Both the position numbers and the translations under genes were made by a program. From Eledone cirrhosa (Eukaryota), in assembly GCA_964016885.1 (NCBI GenBank), contig OZ024759.1, positions 23,498,001-23,562,000 of the forward strand: DNA of 64,000 nt, in the 5' to 3' direction. Shown here one piece after another: positions 1 through 13,996 of the stretch; the stretch's first letter is position 1, and each line of letters opens with the position of its first letter. The notes beneath the pieces were generated by a model. That model worked only from the letters and a program-made list of their open reading frames with translations, did not search any database and was not told the DNA's origin.

Positions 1-224
1 GGGGGCGTGGTTCTTCTCTGAAGATCTTCTATTGTTCAGGTCTTCTGAGAGTTTCTTAGCCACTGAAACATGAATGTTGAAGACCTCTCAAGACATTAAA
101 AATAGTCATTGAGTAGATATAGAATTGTCTAGTTAAGAACCAAGGCAGTCAATGTTGGATTGTGTGAGAGTGGTTTAATCATGTTACCACAAAGAAGTGG
201 ATGAATTTACTAGTAGTAGTAGTT

Positions 225-275
<51 letters not shown>

Positions 276-325
276 AGGGTAGTGGATTGCCGATACTCTT
301 TCATTTTGTCAACTGATTTTCGAAG

Positions 326-521
326 TACATATTAGGCTCAGCTGAAAAGTTCATAGGCTGTGATGCTAGGGCAATGAAATCTTACATGCATAAATTTCAA
401 CTCTCCTTATAAATAACTGCATTGATTTTTTTTCTAGGGATTATGTTGAAAAAAAGCCTCATTTGGTCATTCCATGAGAGTATCTTGTTTAGCCCATGAA
501 CTTTTCATACTCCCTCTAGTA
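326..521. mobile_element. Mariner-like MITE (related copy at about 56760-56920)
   Basis: inverted ends gaaaagttcataggct / agcccatgaacttttc; internal sequence shared with the 56.8-kb copy. Confidence 0.55.
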
Positions 522-763
522 TTCACTGAACTGTTAAATCAGTGAGAACATAGATCTATTCTTGAGGTAGCCATTTTGGTTCTTCCTCAGCTCTTTTTCA
601 ACTTCAGAGTGTGTGTGATTAAAAAGCAATATATCACAAATCTTGGCAGCTATAACTATAAGGGTAATTTACACGGTCAATAAAATAAAGTACCAGTAAT
701 GCGCGATTTGATTCACTTTCACCTTTCCTTCAAATTTCTGGGCCTGTGCCAAAAATTAGAAAC

Positions 764-809
<46 letters not shown>

Positions 810-813
<4 letters not shown>

Positions 814-1142
814 ATCATGTCCTTAGAATTATTAGATAAAATATATACCATTTCCTCTCCCAATTAGCTTAATTAACCATATAAAAGATCAATTAGACCA
901 GGCTATAAGAATAAAGGCTCCTATGAAGAAATTTTCGACAAATAACCGAAAGCGGCCTCTTCATAGGAGCCTTTATTCTTATAGCCTGGTCTAATTGATT
1001 TTTTATATGGTTAATTATGCTAATTGGGAGAGGAAATGGCATATATTTTATCTAATAATTCTAAGGACATGATTTATGATATATTGCTCTGATTATTTAA
1101 TTTATTAATTCTTCATTGAGCCACAACGTGACCGGTTGCCAC
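810..1142 (+). mobile_element. Fold-back element, 120-bp arms plus tail, partial hammerhead core (Penelope-like)
   Basis: arms 810-929 and 958-1077; loop contains CCGAAAGCGGCC; flanked by (TA)n. Confidence 0.7.
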
Positions 1143-1742
1143 ATATATATCTATGACTTTATGTATATGTAAATCTTTATATATATATATATACATATAT
1201 ATATGTATATATATATATATATCTATCATCATCACTGTTTTACGTCCATTCTTCCACGCTAGCATGGGTTAGACAGGTTGTCCTGTTGTGAGCAGTGTCC
1301 GGTCGGCTGACCTTGTCTTGCTCATACAGGAACCGAAGATCTGCTCCATAATATTATTCTATGTTACTTATATTTCTCTGCACCAAATCAATAACTTTCT
1401 TACCATCGATTGATCCAGAAACATTATATAGAGTAGTGAAACAATTGTAAAGTGACATTACTATCCCCTTTTTATATTAAACTGCAATTAATGTTGATAC
1501 TCTGTGACTAATGTCTTCTATGTGAATTTGTGGTCTTGATTTGCTTAACTACTGAATATTTCCAGTTCTGTACACCTAACCTCAGCATGAATCCAGTTTT
1601 CCAACTGCTTTCCACTGCATATTGCACATCGAGCACCCGTTTTTAACTAACACCATCACCAATCACTCCTATCCTACTTCTATCTCTCTATTTAAGATTG
1701 GTTTACTCTTGAACTGTCTATATATATAAATATATATATAGA

Positions 1743-3049
1743 GAGGGTGCGGACGATATTTGTTCACAAGATTACTGTCTAGGAAAAAATAACACAGTAG
1801 TTTTATTTTTTAAGATATATTTATGAAACTTGGGTCAGTTTGTCTTCATGACTTGTTCTTTCGTTCTCACTCGATAAACCCGCCATTGTCTTTGATGACG
1901 GCCTCAAGGCGGCCTCGGAACCGGCTACAGGCCTTCGTCACTGTCCCCCGACTTAGGCCCCTAAAGGCACTTGTGATCCTGGCCTTCAGATCGTTTTTCG
2001 TATTGCAGTTAGATCTTTTGGTGTCTCGTTCCACGTCGCCCCACACAAAGAAGTCGAGGGGGTTGCAGTCACGCAAGCTGGGGGGCCAGATGTCAGGTGA
2101 AGTGTGGTTGACGAAGTTCTCTGACAGCCAGGCTTGGGTCTTTTGGCTGGTATGGCAGGGCGCTGAGTTTTGCTGCCACACGTACGGCCTACGTGCAGCT
2201 ACCTGGTCAATCCAGAGCTTTACTACCTCGCTCAGAATGCGGATGTAGCCATCGGTGTTCAGCTTGAGGCCCTCAGGGAAGAAGTGAGGTGGCATGACGT
2301 CACCTTGACTGCTGACGACACCTAAGACCAATGTTGTCGCTGGAAACTTTGTCTGCATGACTTTGGGCACGTCTTTGGATGAGACAGCGAGCCACCTGTT
2401 GTTCTGGGAGTTGATCTTCTGGTCTTGGCAGAAGTTTTTCTCATCGGAGAAAAACCACAGCATGTCTGGCTCCAGTGGGTGTTTCAACTTGTTGATCAGC
2501 TTCTTTGCATGCTTCAGTCGCTTTTCTTGCATAGCCTTTGACAGAAATTGTCCTTTCCACATCTTGTATGAAACGTAACGAATGTCTTCATGTACCACCA
2601 GCCTAATGAGCTTTTCATCCACGCCTTTCTCCCTTGCAATGGCATGCATCGACTTGCTAGGTTCATTGTTGATGATATCCTGAACTTCAGCAATGAACTC
2701 GGGTGTTCTGAAGGTGTTAGATCGTGTATCATGTGTTTTCCTCTCTGATGTTGCTTCGTAGTCAAATCCTGAATCTTCCAATTCCTTTCTGACCTTTTCC
2801 ACCATTCTCCTGCTGACGCTGAGAAAGTCTAAAATTTCCTTATTTGTCCTCCCGGCGCGCATTCCAAGAAGAACTCCGTGTCTCTTCCACAAATTTGGAG
2901 GTTCAAAATTAGTCATAATCAATTATTCTGAAAATAAATAATGGAAATATAGTCACTGTTTTTATGAAGACAAGAGTGACAATGGAAGTAAAAAAAATTT
3001 GCATAAAATTAGCATTTGAAAATTGCGGACAAATATCGTCCACACCCTG
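1743..3049 (-). mobile_element. Full-length Tc1/mariner transposon, DD37D (maT) family
   Basis: 27-bp imperfect TIRs (1743-1769 and 3023-3049, CAGGGTGTGGACGATATTTGTCCGCAA) in TA-rich flanks, enclosing a transposase ORF. Confidence 0.92.
1867..2922 (-). CDS. DD37D transposase, 351 aa, second catalytic Asp replaced by Asn
   Basis: FSDEKNF, WQQNSAPCH and CNPLDFFVW; 37 residues between the second and third catalytic positions; N-terminal HTH-like region. Confidence 0.9.
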   Translation of the reverse strand: MIMTNFEPPNLWKRHGVLLGMRAGRTNKEILDFLSVSRRMVEKVRKELEDSGFDYEATSERKTHDTRSNTFRTPEFIAEVQDIINNEPSKSMHAIAREKGVDEKLIRLVVHEDIRYVSYKMWKGQFLSKAMQEKRLKHAKKLINKLKHPLEPDMLWFFSDEKNFCQDQKINSQNNRWLAVSSKDVPKVMQTKFPATTLVLGVVSSQGDVMPPHFFPEGLKLNTDGYIRILSEVVKLWIDQVAARRPYVWQQNSAPCHTSQKTQAWLSENFVNHTSPDIWPPSLRDCNPLDFFVWGDVERDTKRSNCNTKNDLKARITSAFRGLSRGTVTKACSRFRGRLEAVIKDNGGFIE

Positions 3050-3230
3050 TATATATATATATACACTCAAAAGCCCACATGTCTACTGGCTATATTAAAT
3101 GATATATGCCTTAGATGCTACATGGTGGGATATTGAACCTGGTGCCTCACAATTGCAGACCAAACCTCTTGACCATTTGGCCATGTCTTGTCCACAAGAG
3201 GTCACAAAAAATAGAGAAAGGATAACTTAC

Positions 3231-3455
3231 TTTTATTAAGACACAGATATCACTACCGCCACATTGGAAACAGTCAGAGCTGAAAACCTGATGGAACCAA
3301 GTAGTTGAGTTCAATTTTAGGTCCCAAGATTCAACAGATATAAAATAAGAATCCTTTGTTGGGAAAGTACATTGAATTTGTTCGAAGCTAATGAAATGTG
3401 CTTGACTTTCAAAAGTCACTTCACTTCTTTTATATTTTCTTCCAGGGAATTCCAG
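3231..3455 (-). CDS. Exon C14 (FISFEQIQC...VFSSDCFQC...C)
   Basis: 225 nt open; the expected next 115-nt exon was not found in the window. Confidence 0.85.
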
Positions 3456-6400
3456 CTAAAAAAGTAATTTGAAACAACAATAAAAAATAAATAATTACAA
3501 GGAAACCCCTGACACCAGGGCCATAGAAGTAAGAAACTTACATTTGGGGATGTGACCAACAGGGACAGAGGGATTGTAGGGCAAAGGAGATTCTGACCCC
3601 TTAGAAAAAACTTATATTTGGGAATGTGATCAATAGGAACAAAGGGAATATGGGGTGGAGATACAGACCCCAAGGCTACAGGAATAAGAAACATATTTAG
3701 GGATGTGATTAACAGGGACAAAGGGATTGTGGGCCAAAGGAGGTTCTAATCCCATGATTTTAAAAGGAGAAACTCATATTTGGGTATGTGACTGGCAGGG
3801 ACAATGAAACTGTGGGCTAAAGGAGACCTGATGACCGCTATACACTATTGTGTGTGTTACAGCTCACACCTATGCAGGTTTAGCTGGCCTCCTCCTAGGT
3901 ATATCTCGTTGGAGGTGTCTTGGGTAATTTAATGATAGGGATCCCAATCCTATCATTTCATTTCTACAGTTGAGTAAACTGGAGCAATGTGAAATAAAGT
4001 GTCTTGTTCAAGGAAACAACACATCACCCGGTCTGAGAATTGAATTCACAACCTTTTGATTACAAGCCCAATGCTCTAACCACTAAGCCATGCGCCTTCA
4101 CATGCTATACACTATTGGGAATATTGATATGGAGTTATGGGCTCTATTATTTAGACTGTGGTCAAAAGACGAATGAAAGATTCTTTCATGCTGGCATAGT
4201 TTGAATGGGTCATCATACCTCAAGATAGGACTAAAATGTATAACCATATCTTGCTCATACATTTTCTATTTAATACTATTTAATAAGGCAACAAAGATTA
4301 CAAGCAAAGTTTACCCTGCTAAAGGGAAAGTTCAATTCAGAAAGCTGGATTGTGAACCACAAAGCACAGAGTCAAAAGCTCTAGTATGTTAATCAAGTTG
4401 AGTCTCATTAACAAAGTGACCATATTCTAATGAAATAAATTCTATTTATTTCAATTAATTAATGAAGAACATACTTAGGGGTTTACTAAAATTATCATTT
4501 ATTTCATTAATAAGGTAGTAACTTAATATATAGCTTTTATATAAAATTATGTTGGAAGGTTTTAATTTACTTAATAAAGTGTGTAGCATACTTGATAAAG
4601 TGCATAGCTCGGAGATCAGAGAGTCACTCCAGGTAGAGACCCTACAGCTCTGATACTATGGGCATGTGTTTAGAATGTCTCAGGAAATAATTGCTGGATA
4701 GATTTTATGGGCAAAACCAACTGGCAAGAGACCCAGGGATAGACCCCGAGCAAGATAGTTGGACAACATCCATGAGCTTGACTGTTCATGCTTGGGGATC
4801 CAGCCAGATCAGTTGAAGATGGTTGCTTCTGACAGGACCCGCTGGAAGGAGTGTTTTAGGACTCTTCCCCCATGACCCTCCCAGGAATAAGTGGGTGAAG
4901 AAGAAGAAGGATTTAATTTAAATAGAAACCAACAAAAATGGGTGGTTTTTTTCATAGAACGAGAGCCAGTTCTGATTGGATTGGTATCAAAGAATTTTGA
5001 GGTAGTTCTTATAGTTATTAATTATCGGTGGATTGGCAGTATCGGTAGAGGGTCGGACGCCATGCTTTCCAGCATACTTACGTCCCTTTACGGTCTGAGT
5101 TCAAATCCCGCCGAGGTTAACTTTGCCTTTCATCCTTACGGGGGTCGATAAAATAAAGTACCAGTAATGTACTGGGTAATTGATGGCCTTGTGCCAATAG
5201 TAGAAACAATTAATTATTTAAGGACTAAGACTGTAACTTAACATATGGTTCTGTAACTTAACTTATGTTAGAAGATAAAAGTGGTTGGTTTTGTTTCATT
5301 GAACTAGAGCTAGGTTGGGCTGGGATCAAAAGGGTTAATGAAAAATTTTGAGGGATTTACTAAAATTATTAATTACTTTATTACTAAGATATTAACTTAA
5401 CATACGGTTCCTATATAAAATGTTGTAAGATAAGAACAGGTGTGTTTTTTTCATAGAACCAGAGATGGTTTTGGCTAGGCTGGTACCAAAGATGGTAATG
5501 AAAAATTTTGAGGGATTTATTAAAATTATTAATTATTTAATTACTAAGATAGTAATTTAAAATACAGTTCTTATATAAAATCAAATTCGAAAATTTTAAT
5601 TTAAATCATTATCATTATCATCATCATAATTTAATTTAAATAAACACACATAAAAATGGGTGATTTTGTTCCAAAGAACTAAAGCTGGTTTGGGACAAGT
5701 TGGTATATAATAAAATATTTTGAGTTATTTATTAGAATTAATTATTTAATTACTAAGATAATTGTTTCTACTTTTGGCACAAGGCCAGCAATTATCCCAG
5801 TACATTACTGGAACTTTATTTTATCGACCTCGTAAGGAAGAAAGGCAAAGTTAACCTCAGTGGGATTTGAACTCAAACCGTAAAGAGACGTAACTCTATG
5901 CTACAAAGCATGGCGTCCGACACTCTACCAATACTGTCAATCCACCGTCCTTTTAATTGCTAAGATAATAACATAAAATATGATTCTGATATAGTTTTGT
6001 TCCATAGAACAAGAGCCAGTTTTGGCTAAGCTGGTATTTAAAGAGTTAAATAATATATTGTGTCTTATGTATAACAAATATAAAGGGCAATACTCACTGT
6101 AGCTCTTGCAAAATGACAATAATATTTTGATCCATAAAATGGCCCTCCAGTTATAATGATGGAGATGTTTTTCTGTGTAGTTTTAGTCAGGTCTGTACGC
6201 TGTGGCCAGATGTTCAATATCTTTGGAGCCTCATTAGTAGGTTTTGAACAGTCAGGACCAATAAAGTTATTATTACATTCACAACCACCTGCAAAATTGA
6301 AAAATTATAAATGTGTATGTCTGTAGATGTATATATTTCGGTGTTGTGGCTAGGTTTGCCTGCCACAATTTTCAATTTGTCCTGCTACCTAACATATGTT

Positions 6401-7371
6401 ATTACTCTGAGCTACTTCATCATCAAGTGCTTAGCTGCATAATTCCTATTTGTATTTCATTAACTTGGCTACAGCCGAAGCTTCGATTTTACTAAACTTC
6501 CATTTGTATGTATATATATATAGATGGAGGCACATGGCTTAGCGGTTAGAGCATTGGCCTTGCAATCGAAAGGTTGTGAGTTCAATTCTCATTCCGGGTG
6601 ATGTGTTGTTTCCTTGAGCAAGACACTTTATTTCACATTGCTCCAGTTTACTCAGCTGTAGAAATGAGATGATAGGGACTGGGGTCCATATCATTCCACT
6701 GCAAAGTGGTCGTGGAGGTGCCACAGCAAAAAAGCACCCAGCACTCACTGTAAATGAGGTTGGTGTTAGGAAGGGCATCCAGCTGTAGAAATCAAGCCAG
6801 AATCAGTTCCGGTCCCACCCTTGCAAGCAGGGAAAAGTGGACGTAAAATGAAATGATATATATATATATTATAAAATAACAGGAGGCTGGACTGGTGTAA
6901 TTCCTTAAAGGTTTATTATACTATGAACATTTCAATGACTGGGTTCAGTGGATTCATACTGAACCCGGTCATTGAAATATTCATACTATAATAAACCTTT
7001 AAGGAATTACACCAGTCCAGTCTCCTGTTATTTTATAATAATTAACTCCATACTCGCACCACCAACAACAACACAAACGAAGACGGGTGAGTTGCATTAC
7101 GTCGAGTGCTCTCCCTAATATTACATTGAGGTTGACCATACGGAATGACCAGTTCTATCCAGTGATGAACCAACAAACCTCAATGTATATATATAGGAAT
7201 ATTATAAAATTAAAACTGAAAGGTGAGTTTTGTTACTCTGGAGTTTCGCCTGTATATCACAGAGTTATATATATAGTAGACAATTAATGATGGGAAATAT
7301 CTCCCATTTGTGCTTTCCTCTTATTTTGAAATATACTTTATCCAGCAACCACACAGCCCCCTGTTTCTTCA

Positions 7372-7411
<40 letters not shown>

Positions 7412-10400
7412 GGGTACTTAGTAAAATCGAATCTCTGGCGGTTTGCAAGCAAATTCGGCCTACTATATGAAAGTGTGTTTTTTTGTTGTGACACCTACAC
7501 AACCTCTTTATATATATATCATCATCATCATTTTACGTCCGCTTTTCCCTTCTTGCAAGGGCGGGATGGGTCCTATTCAGCACAGCATCTCTCCACTTGT
7601 CACAGTCCTTCGTCATCTCTACCGTAAGCTTCAGAAAGTGTGGTAAGGAACCAGGTGGACCATAATGCACCAGTGTACTTGATACTTATGGTAGTAGAGT
7701 GGGTAATGAGAAAAGAGTCAGGTCCCCGACAGCTGACCTCCAGCTGTTTCGACAGCTAGGTCCAAACTAAACCAGTAGTTTTAGACCAGTAATGATCTAG
7801 CTAGATCACTACTGGTTTAGTTCGGATCTAGCTGTCGAAAGAGCCAGCGCTCAGTGATTTGGGTCCTGAAACTTTCCTATATATATACATATATATATTT
7901 ATACACACACACATGCATTTGATGTATATATATATATATATACACACACACATACGTGTGTGTCTGTAGGGGGACACATAACTTACCAGCAACACATTTT
8001 CCGTTGTTACTACATTCATTAATGCAGAACCTAAGATCTCTCACAGTAACACTATTGTTTTTGGTCTCCCATTCAACTATACTTCGCTGATAATACTGCA
8101 AGCACTGGATAATCACGTTGTCCAAAGCATCAAGCGCCCAACTGGAATCATCTGTGATCTATAAAAATCAGTGAAAAAATTTCTATTATCTATAAAATTA
8201 ACAAATAAAAGTCTATGGTCTATAAAAATTAATGGGTGGCATTCTATAGTCTTTAAAATTAACAAGTAAAATTCTATGGTCTATAAAAATTAATGGGTAG
8301 CATTCTATAGTCTTTAAAATTAACAAGTAAAATTCTATGGTTTATAAAAATTAATGGGTGTCATTCTGTAGTCTTTAAAATTAACAAGTAAAATTCTATG
8401 GTCTATAAAAATTAATGGGTAGCATTCTATAGTCTTTAAAATTAACAAGTAAACTTCTATGGTTTATAAAAATTAATGGGTGGCATTCTATAGTCTTTAA
8501 AATTAACAAGTAAAATTCCATGATTAATGAGGGACTTTCTGTTGTCTTTAAAATTAACAAGAAAAAGTATGTGAGCTATGAAAATTAATGAGGGACACTC
8601 TATGAGCTATAGAATTTAACCAAAGACGAGGAAGGAATTTTCAGCAAAATTTAGTGAATTGATAAATAACATTCAGTGAGGTAACAAACATAATTTAGTG
8701 AAGTAATAAAGAAGAGGAGGAGGAGAAATAAGAAAAAGAAGAAAAAGAAAAAGAAGGAGAAGAAGAAGAAGAAGAAGGAGAAGAAGAAGAAGAAGAAGAA
8801 GAAGAAGAAGAAGAAGAAGAAGAAGAAGAAAAGAAGAAGAAGCAGAAGAAGAAGAAGCAGAAGAAGAAGAAGAAGAAGAAGAAGAAGAAGAAGAAGAAGA
8901 AGAGGCAGCAGCAGCAGCAGCTTTGTTTTACTTACTTTGATGTCATCAACACAGGTATTAATACTCTCGGTTATATTTACTCCAGGTAGATTTTCACATT
9001 TTAGCTTGATGTTAGTCATTTGTTTCAGACAGAAGTTGAAGGCAGTTACTTTGGTCCACACTCGGCCAGGTTCCCAGTTATACTCCTGGAATAGCAAAGA
9101 ATACATTACGATAATACACCCTGTACACTCTGTAAAGAGGTTTGAGAGAATTTTTTTTACTATTTCCAAGGACATGATGATGTCCATAGTGCTGGAGTCA
9201 TGATAAAATACACCCAGTACACTCTGTAAAGGGGTTGGCATTAGGAAAGGCATCCAGTCATAGAAACCATGCCAAACAAAGATTTGAAAGAACTTGTTTT
9301 CAAGAACATGGCAACCTCCATAGTGTTGGTGTAATGATAAAATACACCCAGTACACTCTGTGAAGTGGTTGGCATTAAGAAGGGTATCCAGCCATCAAGC
9401 CAAAAAATCCATTCCAAACAAAAGATTAAGAAAACATTTTATTCTTTTCAAGAACCTCCATTGTGCTGGTGTCATGATAAAATACACCCAGTACACTTTG
9501 TAAAGTAGTTGGTGCTAGGAAGGAGATCCAGCCAAAGAAACCATGCCAAACAGAGATTTGAAAGGACTCTTTAGTATTACCAGCCACCATACTGTATAAA
9601 ATGTATGATAAATATGCACTGGACTTGAAAAATAAATACTATGGTCGATATGACAGACTAAAATCTCTTCATGCATGCGATAATTAAATATTGACTGTCA
9701 TGATTGATTTATTAATCTGATCAATAAGGATGAGCTATTGAACTTACCTTTGGAACATAAGATTCATCGTAATCAAATTCTTCTTTAATGCCAGATTTAC
9801 ATGACGGCAACAAATTGAATTCATTTAATATCTGCTCAGTGATATCTTTGCCTGTAATTAATTAAATGAGAATAATTAACTTAGCATTTATATATTGAAG
9901 TCAGATTATCATCATCATCATTTTATGTCCACTTTTCCTTGCTTGCAAGGGTGGGAGGGGTTCTCTTCAGCACAGCATCTCTCCATTTGCCATGGTCCTT
10001 CATCATCTCCGCTGTGAGTTTCAGCTATCTGAGATCTGCTCTCACCACCTCCGCCCATGGTTTTTGTGGTCTTCCTTTACTGTCTTCCACCAGGATTTCT
10101 TGGCACTTCTTCACCCAGTGGCCATCTTCCATGCGCTCACATGGCCTTACCAATGTAGTCTTCTCTCCCGCACACTACAGTTTATTTCACTTATACACAG
10201 TTTCACTCAACTCATCCATGCTTGGTCGTTCACGCATATTGACATTGCACAACCATCGGAGCCTGCTTGCTTCATTTCTCTCAAGCCTTCGCATATCCTT
10301 GGCAGCTGCTGCCCATGTCTCACTACCATGCAGCATCACGCATCTCACACAGGCATCATACAACCGACCTTTCATTTGTAGGGAGAAACCCTTCATTGTC

Positions 10401-10711
10401 AACAGAGGAAACAGCTCCCTAAAATTCTTCTATCCTGTCCTTATTCTAGATACTATGGCCTCGAAGCATCTGCCTCCCTTGCTAATCTGATCACCTAGAT
10501 ATTGAAAGCTGTCAACCACCTTTAAAGATCCTACATGCATTTGAAGTTTCCCTTCCTATTAGTTTGCCTGCTATCCCACTACACCTCTTCTGTACCCAAG
10601 GTGCTGTAGTGACATACAGTGTTTCTAGAACATTTTTTTAAAAACTGGCAGAGCTCATTTCCACTCCAGGCTTGAATACAGCAGACCTCTTGCAGAGAAG
10701 GATAGAGAGAG

Positions 10712-10746
<35 letters not shown>

Positions 10747-11170
10747 ATGGGATATAAAGGAAGAATCAACTCCAGTGCTGGGTTGGGACTATGTTATCGA
10801 CGTTGAATGGGGGAAAGGCAAAGTTGACCTTGACTGGATTTGAATTCAAAGAGACGAGAGCCAAAAACCAACACTGTACCACAAATCATTCTATTCAGCA
10901 TTCTATCAACTCTGCCAATGCGATACCTATATGTATGTATATATGTCTATAAATATCTGTGTACATACCATCTGACAACTTCTTGGTGTTTCCTGTTGCT
11001 GGACAATAGACCACATCTAAATTATTTTCGCAGACATCTGGATTTCCGAGGAAACCACATTTACAGAAGAATTCTGGCTCAACGATAGCTCGGTTGTCAG
11101 AGCAAATACCACGATAGATGCTATTCTTCTTCATAACACTGTAATATATAACAAATTCATATAATGGTGT

Positions 11171-11203
<33 letters not shown>

Positions 11204-11891
11204 GTGCTGTATTTACAGGTAAAATTCCCTTATAATGAATACTATTATAACAAATTTTTCAGTATAAGGTATTTTTTTCAATCCCCGGCCACACGCTCGA
11301 TGTGTTAGGTAGATCTCGTGTTACTAGGTCGAGTTCGTTACAAAGAATTATTTTTTATACCCTGTGAATTTCATTATAACAGAATTTCTCTGTAATGGGT
11401 TCTGATTTAGGCACCATGCCAACAATTATGGGGGAGGGGAAAGATTGATTAAATCGACCCCAGTGTGTTACTGGTACTTTATTTTATTGACCCTGTAAGG
11501 TTGAAAAGTAAGTGGACCTCAGTTGGATTTGAACTAATGCAATGTCACTGGTGTTAAGCTGTATCAGCATTTACATTTCCCTTGGACAACATCGGTGGCA
11601 TGAAGGGAGGAGACCGATATGCAAGAGTGACTGCATATCGGTCTTGCCAAAGCTTATATGTATATATATATATATAGGAACGAGTAGGACCCCGACAGCT
11701 GAGCTCAAGCCGTTTCGACGGCTAATTCTAGACGGCTAATTCAGTCCAGAATTAGCCGTCGAAACGGCTTGAGCTCAGCCGTCGGGGTCCTACTCGTTCC
11801 TATTACCCACTCTACTACCCTAAGTATTGAGTACTTTGGTGCGTTATGGTCCAGTTATGGTCCACCTGGTTCCTTACCACATTTCCTTCGT

Positions 11892-11924
<33 letters not shown>

Positions 11925-12091
11925 GTATATATGTGTGTGTACTTATGCATATATGTATATATGTGTGTGTATGTATACATATATGTATATATATATATAG
12001 GATTATCCTAGATGCAGTAAACCACCGTGAAACATTTGTAAGCACACGGAATAAATTACCTTTTTATGATGTCTACCTGTTATTATTCATT

Positions 12092-12165
<74 letters not shown>

Positions 12166-12654
12166 CTATGTGTATATATACATATATATATAGGAAAATG
12201 TGTGAAATCCTTGGTACAGTTAGGTGTACAGTTAGGTGTACAGTAAGGCTTCCCTTGATTTCGAGTGCTCTGCACCTTTTTATACAGTTGCCATCCTTCA
12301 TATGCATCACATTATCCATACCAATGAAATCTCCTCTCCTGCATACTGCATCTGATTCCTCTTATGCCTAGTCTCTCTCAGTACGTTTATGTTTTGCCAT
12401 TCATGTATATTACTATTAAACATCCATCAGAGCATGCAAGCTTCATTTCTGTCCAATCTATGCAAGTCTTCTGCACACAGCAGCCAGGTCTCACTATCAT
12501 GCAACATTGCTGTTCATATGCGTGCATCATACAGTCTGCCTTTCATTTTGAGGAAAAAGCCATTTGTAGCTAGCAGTGGATGTATATATGTATATTATAT
12601 ATACGCTATACATATAAGCATTATATATATATATCTATTATATACACATGTATA

Positions 12655-12704
<50 letters not shown>

Positions 12705-13612
12705 TGTGTGTATGTGTGTGCCGGATCTAAGACAAATATGTCTTCTGTTGCAGTGGTGTATATAATTGTAATTGTTTCTACTTTTGGTACAAGGCCAGTA
12801 AATACCCAGTGTGTTACTGGTACTTTATCTTATTGACCCTGTAAGGATGAAAGGCAAAGTTAACCTCAGTGGGATTTGAACTCAGAACATAAAGGGCCGT
12901 AACTCTATGCTGTAAAGCATGATGCCTAACACTCTACCAATACTGCCCATTCACTGCTCTAAGTATATAAATAGGAAATATAAGCTATACATACCGCCAG
13001 GAGAGAGAAAATTTATCTGGTCTTTTATTCTTTGATTTGAATAATGTTCCATTGGGGAAAGAAAAGTCATTCTGAACATTATCATCAAATGATCCACACA
13101 GTCCTAAGAAAATAAATTTAACACATTAAATAAATCTATATATCTATATATATACACAAACACATTTAGATACATATATACATACATACATATGGTGGCT
13201 GCCAACTCATTTTCGAGTACGGCCACTACTTTATATCCATGTAGGAGAACCCCTACCGATGCGCTGAACGAGTGTGACTTTTTAGTCCAGCCAGTGACTT
13301 GAAAACTCTGGTACAAACACTACACTTGTGACAATTATTGACACATAGTGCTGGGCACATGGTACCATGTGACAACAAGTGCAGAGAGATCTCCAGATAT
13401 AAAGCAATGCCTGTGCCGTGAAGCTTTTATATTGAGCAAAGGCACTGCACAAAGCCAGTCCCACTCTCTTAACCAAGGTGATATTTACCAAAAAGAAGAA
13501 CAAGTCAACATCATTGGATACCATCAGAGTTGCAGGTGTTATATCAGAGTTTTCCTTCTCCTAGAATTCTGCCTTGACATACATATACACGCACGCACAC
13601 ACACACACACAC

Positions 13613-13708
<96 letters not shown>

Positions 13709-13914
13709 TATTCATCATAGGTCTGCTTGCAAGGGTGGGATGGGTCCAATTCAGCACAGCATCTCCCCATTCGTTATGGTCCTTCGTCATCTCCTCCGTG
13801 AGTTTCAGCGATTTGAATCAGCTCTAATCACCTCTGCCCATGATTTTCGTGGTCTTTCTCTCCAACGTCTTCCGTCCACTGTGATTTCTTGGCACTTCTT
13901 TGTGTATATGTGTG

Positions 13915-13996
<82 letters not shown>

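Noticed and set aside
1-62. Possible minus-strand exon at the window edge
   Set aside because: An acceptor-like site and open frame exist, but it is truncated and cannot be tied to exon C14; unresolved.
1404-1481. Candidate missing exon C15
   Set aside because: Good donor, but stops in all frames after the likely acceptor and no C.I...CY motif.
1823-2248. 141-aa plus-strand ORF
   Set aside because: Antisense shadow of the transposase.
6525-6600. tRNA gene
   Set aside because: tRNA-like SINE head continuing into the SINE body; multiple diverged copies.
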